A stretch of 64,000 nt of DNA from an uncultured bacterium (GTDB lineage Bacteria > Oederibacteriota > PGYV01 > CAWJRG01): positions 704,001 through 768,000 of the forward strand of contig CAWJRG010000009.1 in the NCBI GenBank assembly GCA_963845185.1, written 5' to 3'. The notes under the pieces were generated by a model. The model did no database searches. It had not been told where the DNA came from and was given only the letters and a program-made list of their open reading frames with translations. Shown here one piece after another: positions 27,678 through 38,615 of the stretch. The stretch's first letter is position 1, and the number at the start of each line of letters is the position of its first letter. Both the position numbers and the translations under genes were made by a program.

Positions 27678-28743
27678 AATAACAATAAAAAATTTTCTTG
27701 CAGCCGTCCATTCAGAAGCTGCTGGTTTAAAAAGAAAAATAAATATCATGGAAGTATGCGGCACTCATACCATGGCAATATCAAGATATGGTATTAGGCA
27801 ACTTTTACCTTATAAAATAAACCTGATATCGGGACCAGGCTGCCCTGTTTGTGTCACTCCTATTGAAGAAGTTGACAAAGCAATAGAACTGGCTGGAATA
27901 AAAAATGTAATAACGGCTACTTTTGGCGATATGATGCGGGTTCCGGGCACGAAAACAACGCTTGCAAGGGAAAAATCCAAAGGTAGAGATATACGTATTG
28001 TATATTCAGCCTTCGATGCCCTTGCTTTGGCAGAAAAAAATAAAGAAAAAAATGTTGTTTTTCTTGGAATTGGATTCGAAACAACATCGCCTACCGTGGC
28101 TCTGACAGTAAAAGAAGCAGCTAGAAGGAAGTTAAAAAATTTTTTTATATTACCGGAATTTAAAACTGTAATACCCCCGATGGAAGCATTACTTTTGGAT
28201 AAGAATATTAAACTGGATGGATTTATAGCACCAGGCCATGTAAGCGCAATAATAGGCGCGAAACCTTATGAATATTTGACCAATAAATATAAAATTCCCT
28301 GTGTAATAACCGGTTTTGAAGCCGAGGATATAATGCAGTCTATATTAATGCTTATCATGCAGGTAAAAAACAAGGAGGGAAAAGTAGAAATACAATATAA
28401 ACGCATAGTCCGTTATGAAGGGAATAAAGAGGCTTTGAATATTATGGATGAAATATACCTAATAAACGATTCAAACTGGCGAGGGATAGGTATCATTCCT
28501 TTAAGCGGAATGATATTGAACAATAGCTACAATGGTTTTAATGCTGTTCACAAATTTCATCTTGTAAAAGCTGCTTATTCCAAGGAACCAGCTGGTTGCA
28601 GGTGTGGAGATGTATTAAAGGGTATAGTAATACCAAAAGGATGCCAGTTATTTTCAAGAAAATGTACGCCTGAAAATCCTGTTGGAGCCTGTATGGTTTC
28701 ATCGGAAGGCACTTGTGCGGCTTATTATAAATACGAAACATAG
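27658..28743 (+). CDS. hypD: Hydrogenase maturation protein HypD
   Basis: CGTH, GPGCPVC, GFETT, PGHVS, C-terminal Cys cluster GACMVSSEGTCAA. Confidence 0.98.
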   Translation: MAKTKSKITIKNFLAAVHSEAAGLKRKINIMEVCGTHTMAISRYGIRQLLPYKINLISGPGCPVCVTPIEEVDKAIELAGIKNVITATFGDMMRVPGTKTTLAREKSKGRDIRIVYSAFDALALAEKNKEKNVVFLGIGFETTSPTVALTVKEAARRKLKNFFILPEFKTVIPPMEALLLDKNIKLDGFIAPGHVSAIIGAKPYEYLTNKYKIPCVITGFEAEDIMQSILMLIMQVKNKEGKVEIQYKRIVRYEGNKEALNIMDEIYLINDSNWRGIGIIPLSGMILNNSYNGFNAVHKFHLVKAAYSKEPAGCRCGDVLKGIVIPKGCQLFSRKCTPENPVGACMVSSEGTCAAYYKYET

Positions 28744-28759
28744 GGAGAATAATATAAAA

Positions 28760-29776
28760 ATGAATAAAGATATTATAACATTGACCCATGGCAGTGGCGG
28801 TAAGGCCGCTTTAAGATTAATTAATGACTATATAAAAAAATATTTTTCAAATGAAGTTTTAAATAGAATGGAAGACGCTGCCTTATTGAAAATAAATAAC
28901 AAGGCAATATGTATAACTACGGATTCATTTGTAATATCACCTTTATTTTTTTCAGGCGGTGATATAGGCAGGCTTTCAATAAGCGGAACTGTAAATGATT
29001 TAAGTGCTATGGGAACCAAACCTTTATACATTACAATAGGCTTAATTATTGAGGAAGGTTTTTCAATTGCAGATTTTGAAAAAATAATTATTTCCATGAA
29101 AAAAACTGCGGTTGAATCGGGAGTAAAAATAATTGCAGGCGATACGAAAGTCGTAGAACATGGCAAAGCCGATAAAATATTTATTAACACTACAGGAGTG
29201 GGTGAATTGATTGATTCCAAAAGCAAAATATCCGTATCAAACGCAATGCCAGGGGATGCTGTAATAATCAGCGGTTCGATAGGGGACCACGAAATAGCTA
29301 TATTAAAAGAAAGAGAAGGTCTTGATTTTAAGAGTAAAATTAAGAGCGACTGTGCTCCATTGAATAAAATTATTGAAAAACTTATAATAAATAAAATTAA
29401 AATAAATACAATGCGCGATCCGACCAGGGGTGGATTGGCAACTGTTCTTAACGAAGTTGCAACATATTCAGGCACAGACATTTCGATTGAGGAAAGTAAA
29501 GTACCAATAAAAAAAGCCGTAAAAGCTGCTTGTGATATTCTTGGTTTTGATCCGTTTTATTTAGCTAATGAAGGTAAAATGGTAATAATATGCTCTAAAA
29601 ATCACACTAAACGTGCATTGAAATTATTAAAATCTACTATTTATGGCAAAAACGCGGCATTGATTGGTTATATTGGCAACAAAAAACAAAAACCGCGTGT
29701 TACTTTAAAAACCCGAATAGGTGGAGAAAGAATTTTATTTATGACAGAAGGGGAGCAATTACCGAGAATATGTTAG
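28760..29776 (+). CDS. hypE: Hydrogenase maturation protein HypE
   Basis: HGSGG, GTVNDL, GDTKVV, RDPTRGG, C-terminal PRIC. Confidence 0.98.
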   Translation: MNKDIITLTHGSGGKAALRLINDYIKKYFSNEVLNRMEDAALLKINNKAICITTDSFVISPLFFSGGDIGRLSISGTVNDLSAMGTKPLYITIGLIIEEGFSIADFEKIIISMKKTAVESGVKIIAGDTKVVEHGKADKIFINTTGVGELIDSKSKISVSNAMPGDAVIISGSIGDHEIAILKEREGLDFKSKIKSDCAPLNKIIEKLIINKIKINTMRDPTRGGLATVLNEVATYSGTDISIEESKVPIKKAVKAACDILGFDPFYLANEGKMVIICSKNHTKRALKLLKSTIYGKNAALIGYIGNKKQKPRVTLKTRIGGERILFMTEGEQLPRIC

Positions 29777-30756
29777 AAAATGTCAAAAAAATATTAATAG
29801 TTAAACTCAGAGATATCGGAGATATAGTGCTTTCAACACCGGTTTTAAGGATTTTAGCGCAGAATTTTCCAGAAGCTGAAATCACTTATGTTTTGAAAAA
29901 AGAATATAAAGATTTTAAATATCTTCTACCTAATGTAAAACAAGTAATTGCTTATGACAAAAACAATATTTTCAGTTTTTTTAGTGTAGTTAATAAATTA
30001 CATAGGGAAAGCTTTGATTTTGCCGTTAATCTGCATGCGACATACAGGAGTGCTCTAATTACTTTGTTTTCAGGTACAAAAATCAGGCTTGTACATAACC
30101 ATAGCGGTAAAAATTATTTCACTTCTTACCCAATTGATATAATTGAAAAACCAAAGAATATTATTGAGCGCGATATAGATACCTTAACCCCTTTGAAGCT
30201 TAATATTCCTGATAATTTGAAAAAAACAGAGCTTTTAAAGGTAAAAGAAGACTTTTCTGAAATAGCATGGAATACTATTGGTCTTGGTATAGGCGCAAAA
30301 AGGAAAGTCAAGATATGGAATAAAGACAGGTTTATTGAGCTTGGCCGGAGTTTATCACGAATAGGGTATAATTTGGCTGTTTTTTGCTCAAATTTAGAGA
30401 AAAAGGATGGAGAATATATAACCAAGGGAATAGGCCTACAGACAAAGTTATACTGCGGGCTTGCTTTTAGGGCTTTAGGTGCAAATATAAGTAAGCTAAA
30501 ATTATTTATAGGCAATGATTCTGGACTTAGGCATATTGCCGCTGCCTATAACGTGAAAACAATTACTTTATTTGGGCCAGAAAGCATTAATGAGTGGCAT
30601 CCATATAAATTGGAAGATGGACATATTGCCATATTTCATAAACTGGATTGCATAAATTGCGGTCTTAAAGAGTGTACTAAATCTGTAAATTGCATGGATA
30701 AGATAAGCGTTAATGAAGTTTTTAATGCCGTTATGGATCTAAATCTTAATAAATAA
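29770..30756 (+). CDS. Glycosyltransferase family 9 (ADP-heptose LPS heptosyltransferase-like)
   Basis: IGDIVLSTP, FIGNDSGLRHIAAA, LFGP, C-terminal CxxC..C..CM. Confidence 0.92.
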   Translation: MLENVKKILIVKLRDIGDIVLSTPVLRILAQNFPEAEITYVLKKEYKDFKYLLPNVKQVIAYDKNNIFSFFSVVNKLHRESFDFAVNLHATYRSALITLFSGTKIRLVHNHSGKNYFTSYPIDIIEKPKNIIERDIDTLTPLKLNIPDNLKKTELLKVKEDFSEIAWNTIGLGIGAKRKVKIWNKDRFIELGRSLSRIGYNLAVFCSNLEKKDGEYITKGIGLQTKLYCGLAFRALGANISKLKLFIGNDSGLRHIAAAYNVKTITLFGPESINEWHPYKLEDGHIAIFHKLDCINCGLKECTKSVNCMDKISVNEVFNAVMDLNLNK

Positions 30757-30884
30757 TGAATAAAATACCTCAAGCTTACCTTTAGCAAATCTATTAATTC
30801 TTTTACTTAAATTTTAAATTATTACTTTTAATGCAAAACTTTAATCTTGATTTTACTCATTAATTAAAAAAACATATAAGTCGT

Positions 30885-30912
30885 ACTTATCATAAGATAG
30901 ATTATACGAACT
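30885..30912 (-). other. dif-like XerC/XerD chromosome dimer resolution site
   Basis: On - strand: AGTTCGTATAA-TCTATC-TTATGATAAGT (11-6-11). Right arm matches E. coli XerD arm TTATGTTAAAT at 9/11. Lies in the gap where gene orientation switches. Confidence 0.8.
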
Positions 30913-30973
30913 ATAGTCATCAACTTAATTTTTTATAGAATGTAAAAATTAGTATCAAATTGAGAATATTGAA

Positions 30974-33589
30974 TTATATTGAGCTTTTACCACAACATTT
31001 CTTATATTTTTTACCAGACCCACAAGGACAAGGATCATTTCTGCCAATTTTTGGTTGTTCCCGCCTATATGTTTCTACCTTAGCCGGTTCATCTGGAGCG
31101 TTTGTATACATTTCTCTTTCTTCAAGCGCGTCTGGTTTTTGAGATGCATTCATGACAAACATCGGTCTTGATTCCTGCAAGTTTTTCGAGTGATGTTTTC
31201 TTTCTAAATTTGAATTATCAACTACTTGAACCTTAAATAGGAATTCCACAACCTCGTCATGTATTATTCCTGTCATATTTTCAAATAGTTCAAACCCCTC
31301 TCTTTTATATTCTATTAACGGGTCTTTGCCTGCATAAGCCCTTAAACCAATACCTTCTTTTAATTGGTCCATTTCATATAAATGTTCCCTCCATTTGTTG
31401 TCAACAACTTGCAAAACTATGTTTCGTTCTATTTCCCTCATCAACTCGGAACCTATTTGACTTTCTTTTTTGTCATATTCTGTCTTAATTTTATCATATA
31501 TATCGTCAAAAAGAATCTGAACTGTTAATTTTGTTGTGTCCACTTTTGATTCATCAATAATATATCTAATATTGAATGTTTGCTCAAGCATTCTTGTAAG
31601 TTCCTCATAATCCCATTCTTCTGGATATGTTTTTTCGGGAGCTACAAAATATATAATATTCCAAACTACCTCTTGTAACATTTCAAGTATACCGTCTTTT
31701 AAATTCTGCCCTTCAAGTACTTTTTTTCTTTCGGCATATATTACTTCCCTTTGTTTGTTCATAACATCATCAAATTCAATCAAATGTTTTCTTATTGAAA
31801 AATTATGTCCTTCTACTGCCTTTTGAGCTCTTTCAATTGATTTTGTGATCCATGGATGTTCTATTCTTTCATCTTCTGTCATGCCTATCTTGTCCATAAG
31901 GTTTTTAATTCTGTCTGAGCCAAAAATTCTCATCAAATCATCTTCCAATGATACATAGAACCTTGACGAACCTTCATCCCCTTGCCTTCCTGAACGCCCA
32001 CGCAACTGATTATCAATACGTCGACTTTCATGCCTTTCAGTGCCTATTACATGAAGACCACCAAGATCCTTTACTCCGTTACCAAGCACAATATCTGTCC
32101 CGCGGCCAGCCATATTGGTTGCTACTGTTACTGCACTTTTCTGCCCTGCAAGTGCGATTATTTCTGCTTCCCTCTCATGGTTTTTCGCGTTTAATAGCTC
32201 ATGAGGTATGCCTCTTTTTTCAAGTATTGTACTAAGACGTTCGTTTTTCTCAATTGATGTTGTGCCTACAAGTGCTGGTTGACCTCTCTTATAGCAATCA
32301 ATTATATCTTCGGCAATTGCCTTGAATTTGCCTTTTTCAGTCTTATAAACAACATCAGGATTATCCATGCGTATCATAGGTTTATTTGTGGGTATTACTA
32401 AGACATCAAGTTTATATATATGCCAGAATTCTTCAGCTTCAGTTTCTGCCGTTCCGGTCATGCCAGATAATTTCTTATACATCCTGAAATAATTTTGTAA
32501 AGTAATTGTGGCCAGCGTTTGGTTTTCACGTTCGATTTTAACTCGTTCTTTTGCCTCAACTGCTTGATGAAGTCCATCAGACCACCTGCGCCCAGGCATC
32601 AACCGACCAGTAAACTCGTCAACTATAATTACTTTTCCTTCTTTGACAATATAGTCCTTATCGCGTTTAAACAATGTATGAGCTTTAAGCGCTTGATCAA
32701 CATGATGTATTATTTCAATGTTCTGGGGTTCATAAAGATTTTGTTTGCCTAATAATTTTTCCGCTTTAGCGACGCCTGCCTCAGTAAGAGTGGATGTATG
32801 GGCTTTTTCGTCAATCTGGTAATCGGTATTAGGCATAAATTTTGGTATTATTCTGTCTATGCTATAATACAATTCTGTTGATTCCTCTGCGGGGCCTGAA
32901 ATAATAAGAGGTGTCCGTGCTTCATCGATTAATATGCTGTCAACTTCATCAACTATAGCATAATTCAATTCACGTTGAACTCTTTCTTGTGGATAAACAG
33001 CCATGTTATCCCTTAAATAATCAAATCCAAATTCATTATTTGTCCCGTAAGTTATATCACATGCGTAAGCCTTCTGACGTTCTTCGGTTGAAAATTCATT
33101 TTTTATGCATCCTACCGTAAGTCCGAGAAAATTATAAATGTTACCCATGCCCTTAAAATTACCCTTACCCATGCTGTCTCGTTCGGCAAGATAATCATTA
33201 ACAGTTACAACGTGTACGCCTTTACCGGCAAGGGCATTTAAATATACAGGAAGTGTCGCAACAAGCGTTTTCCCTTCGCCAGTTTTCATCTCTGCTATTT
33301 TCCCGTGATGAAGTACCATGCCTCCCATTAATTGCACATCAAAATGCCTTAAGCCAAGAGTTCTTTTACTTGCTTCGCGGACAACAGCAAAAGCTTCCGG
33401 AAGAAGATCTTCCAAAGTTTCGCCGTTTTTATAACGGTTTTTTAAAATTTCGGTTTGATTTTTCAAATCACCATCAGATAATTTTTTAAGTTCTTCTTCA
33501 AGCAAGTTTATTTGCTCAACTACAGGCAGCATTTTTTTCATTTCCCTTTCATTTCTTGTTCCCAAAACTTTTTTAATAAAATCAAGCAT
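30974..33589 (-). CDS. secA: Preprotein translocase subunit SecA
   Basis: [49 protein letters not shown] motif [13 protein letters not shown]. Confidence 0.99.
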   Translation of the reverse strand: MLDFIKKVLGTRNEREMKKMLPVVEQINLLEEELKKLSDGDLKNQTEILKNRYKNGETLEDLLPEAFAVVREASKRTLGLRHFDVQLMGGMVLHHGKIAEMKTGEGKTLVATLPVYLNALAGKGVHVVTVNDYLAERDSMGKGNFKGMGNIYNFLGLTVGCIKNEFSTEERQKAYACDITYGTNNEFGFDYLRDNMAVYPQERVQRELNYAIVDEVDSILIDEARTPLIISGPAEESTELYYSIDRIIPKFMPNTDYQIDEKAHTSTLTEAGVAKAEKLLGKQNLYEPQNIEIIHHVDQALKAHTLFKRDKDYIVKEGKVIIVDEFTGRLMPGRRWSDGLHQAVEAKERVKIERENQTLATITLQNYFRMYKKLSGMTGTAETEAEEFWHIYKLDVLVIPTNKPMIRMDNPDVVYKTEKGKFKAIAEDIIDCYKRGQPALVGTTSIEKNERLSTILEKRGIPHELLNAKNHEREAEIIALAGQKSAVTVATNMAGRGTDIVLGNGVKDLGGLHVIGTERHESRRIDNQLRGRSGRQGDEGSSRFYVSLEDDLMRIFGSDRIKNLMDKIGMTEDERIEHPWITKSIERAQKAVEGHNFSIRKHLIEFDDVMNKQREVIYAERKKVLEGQNLKDGILEMLQEVVWNIIYFVAPEKTYPEEWDYEELTRMLEQTFNIRYIIDESKVDTTKLTVQILFDDIYDKIKTEYDKKESQIGSELMREIERNIVLQVVDNKWREHLYEMDQLKEGIGLRAYAGKDPLIEYKREGFELFENMTGIIHDEVVEFLFKVQVVDNSNLERKHHSKNLQESRPMFVMNASQKPDALEEREMYTNAPDEPAKVETYRREQPKIGRNDPCPCGSGKKYKKCCGKSSI

Positions 33590-33687
33590 TAGTATTTACT
33601 CCTTTAAGAATTGAAAAATTTCTCTAATGATAACATAATTAGAGCGTTTTTCAATAATGATGTTTGTAAGTTCGTATTGTTTGTTTT

Positions 33688-34374
33688 TTAGTATAATATA
33701 TTCTTATAATAAATAACCATCAATGCAAGATCTGCCATGAAATGACTTATTATTGGTGCGTATATATTGCTATTTATATGCCTCAAATAGCACCAAATTA
33801 CACTTACAACAAATAGAACCGGCATAAATATCAAAGCTATCCTAAACGAAAAAATAATCCTTATCGTAACGAAATGATATTGTATAAAAAAGAAGGAAAT
33901 AACAACTGATGAAGACGGTATTCTTATCTTTTTCCCGTACTGATAATACAAATAACCACGCCAAAATAATTCCTCCACTACAGAATTGAAAAGAATGAAA
34001 TAAATAGCCAGTAGGAAAAAATATTTCTTAGGAAAGCCGACGACGTTAAAAACCATATTTAAATGCAATTTATTAAGTAATTGCGATTTTAAATATGAAA
34101 ACAAAAAAATTATAGTACCAAAATAAATAATCCCCAATAAAACCCCTGATATTATGCTCCGTCTATCAATTCTGCCAAGACCTAAGATTTCGTGCATCGA
34201 CGACGTTCCTTTTCGGTAAAAAAAATAATAATCCAATGACGGTATTAAAAGGCAAATAATAATATGATAAAGAACAAATGTAAAAATCATATTTTTCATC
34301 ATTGAAAATCCCAAATATACAAAAACAAGCGGTAAAAAACTGATTATTATTGTACGAACGGAAATATTTTTCAT
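33688..34374 (-). CDS. CPBP (CAAX/Abi) intramembrane metalloprotease
   Basis: EELFWRG, FxxxH, SHFMAD; multiple TM segments. Confidence 0.88.
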   Translation of the reverse strand: MKNISVRTIIISFLPLVFVYLGFSMMKNMIFTFVLYHIIICLLIPSLDYYFFYRKGTSSMHEILGLGRIDRRSIISGVLLGIIYFGTIIFLFSYLKSQLLNKLHLNMVFNVVGFPKKYFFLLAIYFILFNSVVEELFWRGYLYYQYGKKIRIPSSSVVISFFFIQYHFVTIRIIFSFRIALIFMPVLFVVSVIWCYLRHINSNIYAPIISHFMADLALMVIYYKNILY

Positions 34375-34380
34375 AAAAAA

Positions 34381-34920
34381 TCAATATTTTTTTTCTTTTA
34401 TTAAATTGCCGTTTTCATCAAATTCTTTTATTGATTTTAGTTTGCCATGAACGTAAACCTCCTCTATACCCAACCCTCCGGATTCATAATATCTACGCAG
34501 AATACCATCAAGTTCACCTTGCTTATACATAGCGTATGATTCCAGTTTTCCATCAGGATAATATAGTTTGAAGATACCATCCCTAGAACCTTTTTTATAA
34601 ATTCCCTCAAGTTTTACATCGCCAGACTCGAAATACTGAGTATAAATACCGTCTAACAAAGTATCTCTAAATGTTCCTGTTTCTTCAAGCATACCTGATT
34701 CGAAATAAAGTTTATAGTAACCATCAAGCTCACCATTTTTGTATGAAATTTCTGACTGAATTTTATCCGAGATATAATATTCTTTAACTACGCCATTTAT
34801 TGTACGACCTTCTTTTTTTATTGTACCATCATCATTATATATCCATTTTGCTATTTCACTACCATCTTGAAAATAGAATTTTTGTATGTTTCCGTTAATC
34901 TTCGCTATTATTTCTTCCAT
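34381..34920 (-). CDS. MORN-variant repeat protein (YwqK-like)
   Basis: Repeats Y[YF]ESG.L..E..Y..G.LDG. Confidence 0.85.
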   Translation of the reverse strand: MEEIIAKINGNIQKFYFQDGSEIAKWIYNDDGTIKKEGRTINGVVKEYYISDKIQSEISYKNGELDGYYKLYFESGMLEETGTFRDTLLDGIYTQYFESGDVKLEGIYKKGSRDGIFKLYYPDGKLESYAMYKQGELDGILRRYYESGGLGIEEVYVHGKLKSIKEFDENGNLIKEKKY

Positions 34921-35014
34921 TTTTTCCTCTTTTTGTTTATTCTTTTTATTCTTTAATAATATATCATATGAAAATTTAAAAATCAAAACAAATTTCCAAT
35001 CTGAAAAATTTAAA

Positions 35015-37645
35015 TTACTTAAGCTTGTCCTTTAATTCCTTTAATTTGAGAAGCGCATCTACAGGAGCTATCGAATCTATATTGGTTTTTTCTAGTTCAA
35101 ATACAATCTGACTATTTATTGAAAAATCAAACAAGTTATCCTGCTCTATATTTTTATCAAAACCGGCTATTTTTGATTTTCCATCTTTTGTATAATTTGC
35201 CTCTTCAAGGTTTTTCAATATTTTATTGGCGCTATTTATAACTAATTCGGGTAGTCCTGCAAGTTTAGCAACATGTATTCCATAACTTTTGTCTGTACTT
35301 CCTTTGATAATCTTGCGTAAAAAAATTATCTTTTCACCCCATTCTTTTACCTGTATATTATAATTTTTTGCTCCTTTAAGTACATCGGAAAGTTCAGTTA
35401 ATTCATAGTAATGCGTAGCAAAAAGCGTTTTTGCCCTTATTTGATTATGAATATATTCAGTAATAGCCCATGCAATTGATATTCCGTCAAAAGTACTTGT
35501 CCCCCTTCCCACTTCATCTAAAAGTACAAGGGATTTTGTGGTAGCATTGTTTAAAATATTAGCCGTCTCTATCATTTCAACCATAAAGGTTGACTGACCG
35601 CGCGCTAGGTAATCTGCTGCACCGACGCGTGTAAAAATTTTATCAATTATACCTATTTTTGCATTTTTTGCAGGTACAAAAGAACCGATTTGTGCCATTA
35701 TTACTATCAAAGCCACTTGTCTCATATAAGTTGATTTTCCTGCCATATTAGGGCCGGTTATTATCATTACAAGATTTTCATTATTGTCTAAATTTGTATC
35801 GTTTGATATGAATTCATTATAACCCAGGTTTTTTTCAACTACAGGATGCCTGCCTTCTTCAATGTGCATAATATCAGTCATATTAACTTCTGGTTTTTCA
35901 TAATTATTGTTTATTGCAGCCATTGCAAGAGAAACCAGACAATCAAGTACAGCTATTTTTTTTGCTAACTCTTGGATATCTTCAATATATTTTGAAATTT
36001 TTTCTCTTATATCTATAAATATTTTATACTCCATTTCTTTAATCTTGTCCTGAGCTCCCAGAATCATACTTTCATATTCTTTTAATTCTGGCATTATAAA
36101 TCTTTCTCCGTTAACAAGCGTTTGTTTCCTTATATAATCTTGAGGTACACTTTTTAAGTTTGCCTTGCTTACTTCTAAAAAATAACCAAATATTGATGTA
36201 TAACCAACTTTAAGAGAGGAAATGCCTGTCCTTTTTCTTTCCCTTTCCTGCAAAGAAGCTATCCATATCTTCCCATTTTCGTTAATATCCCTTAGCTTTT
36301 TAAGCTCTTCGCTGTATGCCGGTTTAATTATTTCTCCTTCTTTTATTGATATGGAAGGTTCTTCCATTATTGCTAAATCAATTAATTCATAAATCGTATT
36401 AATATTGGGATTTAAAAATGAAAATTTATCTTTTAATAAAGCCGCTCCGGATGTTTTAATATATTCATCAAGTTCTTTTACGGCTGCTATTGTCATTTTG
36501 AGAGCTATCATATCCCTCGCATTTACAGATTGGCTTCCAAGTTTACCTCCAATTCTTTCAATATCATTAATTTTTTTTAATAATTCCCTGATATTTTCTC
36601 TTATATCTGAAAAATCTAAGTGAAATTGAATTATGTCCTGCCTTTCCTTTATTTTTTTTATGTTGGTCAGAGGAAATTTAACCCATTTTTTAAGTTCCCT
36701 ACTGCCCATAGCCGTTTCGGTATAATCAAGGACATCATATAAGGTGCTGTATTTAGGGCCCTTTATATTCGATTCAACAATTTCAAGATTGCGTAAGCTT
36801 ACTGAGTCAATGTGCAATATTTCAGAAGTTTCGTAACGGCTAATTTTGTTAATATGAAAAAGCAGAGTTTTTTGAGTTTCGTATAGATAATTCATAAGTG
36901 CACCAGCAGCGCATATAACAATATCTTTTTTCTCCAAACCAAAGCCATCCATGTTCATTACTCGAAAATGTTCGACCAATTTATCATGGGCAACATCCAC
37001 TTGATAATTCCAATCGCTGTAGAAATTTACAAAAATACTGTGTTCGCTGTTTTTAAACCTTTCAATTAGATTTTTTTGGTAGTCTTTATTTTCATTGAAA
37101 GATTCAGGCATTATAATTTCAGAGGGTTGTATTTTTTCTATTTCGTCAATAATTTTGTCGAAATTTTTATTATAATCAAATTCTTCAATGTAAAACTCAC
37201 CAGTCGATATGTCAACAAATGCAATAGCGGCAATACTTTTTTCAATATAAATAGATAAAAGATAATTATTTGATTTTTTATCAAGTCCTGCCTCATCTAA
37301 AATTGTTCCTGGAGTTATAATCTTAATTATTTCCCTTTTTACTATCCCTTTCGCCAATTTTGGATCTTCAACTTGTTCGCAAACAGCCACTTTATAGCCG
37401 TTATTTATCAACTTAAGAATATATGCATTTGCTGCATGAAATGGGATTCCGCACATTGGCATTTTTATTTGCCTGCCTTCTCCCACACTTCTTGCCGTAA
37501 GCGCAATTTGTAATATTCCCGAAGCTATTTTAGCATCTTCACCAAACATTTCATAAAAATCGCCTAATCTAAAGAATAAAATTGCGTCCTTGTATTTTTT
37601 TTTCATTTCTAAATATTGTGTCATCATTGGAGTTAAATCGGACAT
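35015..37645 (-). CDS. mutS: DNA mismatch repair protein MutS
   Basis: TPMMTQY, GDFYEMF, TGPNMAGKST, STFMVEM, DEVGRGTST. Confidence 0.99.
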   Translation of the reverse strand: MSDLTPMMTQYLEMKKKYKDAILFFRLGDFYEMFGEDAKIASGILQIALTARSVGEGRQIKMPMCGIPFHAANAYILKLINNGYKVAVCEQVEDPKLAKGIVKREIIKIITPGTILDEAGLDKKSNNYLLSIYIEKSIAAIAFVDISTGEFYIEEFDYNKNFDKIIDEIEKIQPSEIIMPESFNENKDYQKNLIERFKNSEHSIFVNFYSDWNYQVDVAHDKLVEHFRVMNMDGFGLEKKDIVICAAGALMNYLYETQKTLLFHINKISRYETSEILHIDSVSLRNLEIVESNIKGPKYSTLYDVLDYTETAMGSRELKKWVKFPLTNIKKIKERQDIIQFHLDFSDIRENIRELLKKINDIERIGGKLGSQSVNARDMIALKMTIAAVKELDEYIKTSGAALLKDKFSFLNPNINTIYELIDLAIMEEPSISIKEGEIIKPAYSEELKKLRDINENGKIWIASLQERERKRTGISSLKVGYTSIFGYFLEVSKANLKSVPQDYIRKQTLVNGERFIMPELKEYESMILGAQDKIKEMEYKIFIDIREKISKYIEDIQELAKKIAVLDCLVSLAMAAINNNYEKPEVNMTDIMHIEEGRHPVVEKNLGYNEFISNDTNLDNNENLVMIITGPNMAGKSTYMRQVALIVIMAQIGSFVPAKNAKIGIIDKIFTRVGAADYLARGQSTFMVEMIETANILNNATTKSLVLLDEVGRGTSTFDGISIAWAITEYIHNQIRAKTLFATHYYELTELSDVLKGAKNYNIQVKEWGEKIIFLRKIIKGSTDKSYGIHVAKLAGLPELVINSANKILKNLEEANYTKDGKSKIAGFDKNIEQDNLFDFSINSQIVFELEKTNIDSIAPVDALLKLKELKDKLK

Positions 37646-37654
37646 TTCATCACC

Positions 37655-37683
37655 AAAAAAAAACACGGACTGGAAAGTCCGTG
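37655..37683 (-). terminator. Intrinsic terminator-like hairpin directly upstream of mutS
   Basis: On - strand: CACGGACT-TTCC-AGTCCGTG followed by T9. Confidence 0.7.
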
Positions 37684-37706
37684 AAGTATAATTTTTTTTT
37701 AATATT

Positions 37707-38615
37707 CTATTCTTCCTTCTGTTTAATCTTTGCCAACCTTTTATCTATTATCCTTATTTTCTCATCTGCATATGTTCGCCATAATGAATCAGAAAAAGTG
37801 TCGATTAATGTACTAAAACTTTCCTTGGCAAGTTCATAATCCCCATCTTTATACTGGGCTATAGCAAGGCCTATTAAAGCTTCCTCAACAAACAAAGATC
37901 TACTTTTTATCATATTTTGAAATAAATCTTCAGCGGCTTTATTATCACCACTATCGATAAGATTTATGCCCTTATACAACGATGCCAGAGTAGAGAAATA
38001 CTTGTTTTCATCATTTTTAATTACCATATCATAATATTCTGCAGCTTTATTAAAGTTTCTTTTTGAGTGGTATATATGCCCGCAGTATATGGCAGACCAA
38101 TTATAAAACCATACATCGTTTATATAATTCTGCAAAATTTCATTATAACTTGATAGGGCTTTATCATAATCTCCTTTACCTTTATAAAGGGAAGCAATGT
38201 TAAATAACGCCATGACTTTATACTGCCCGCGTGGATATTTTTTTAAATATAAATTATAGGCGTTTATTGCTCTGTCATAATTATTTTTAAGCATAAAAAT
38301 TCTACCAATTTCAAAAAACGCTTCTTCTGCCTGTGGATTTTTTTTAAATTCTTTGATTATTGATGTATATTCCTCAACGGCTTTTTCAGTTTGCTCTTTT
38401 TTTTGGTAAATTTTCGCGCTTAATAAGGCGGATTGCAAAGCCCAGTCACTATCTGGATATACCTGTTTTAAATTGTTGCATATCTTTAAGGCCTCTTCGT
38501 ATTTGCCAATTTGAAAATATTTTTCTGCCTGTACTATGGGGTCTTCTGCAAATAAATGTAAGGTAATAAATAAAAAAAATATAATTAGAAAAAACGATCT
38601 ATTGTTCTTCTTCAT
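37707..38615 (-). CDS. Exported TPR protein (CpoB/BamD-like repeats)
   Basis: Signal peptide; TPRs ending in YP.S/G. Confidence 0.8.
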   Translation of the reverse strand: MKKNNRSFFLIIFFLFITLHLFAEDPIVQAEKYFQIGKYEEALKICNNLKQVYPDSDWALQSALLSAKIYQKKEQTEKAVEEYTSIIKEFKKNPQAEEAFFEIGRIFMLKNNYDRAINAYNLYLKKYPRGQYKVMALFNIASLYKGKGDYDKALSSYNEILQNYINDVWFYNWSAIYCGHIYHSKRNFNKAAEYYDMVIKNDENKYFSTLASLYKGINLIDSGDNKAAEDLFQNMIKSRSLFVEEALIGLAIAQYKDGDYELAKESFSTLIDTFSDSLWRTYADEKIRIIDKRLAKIKQKEE

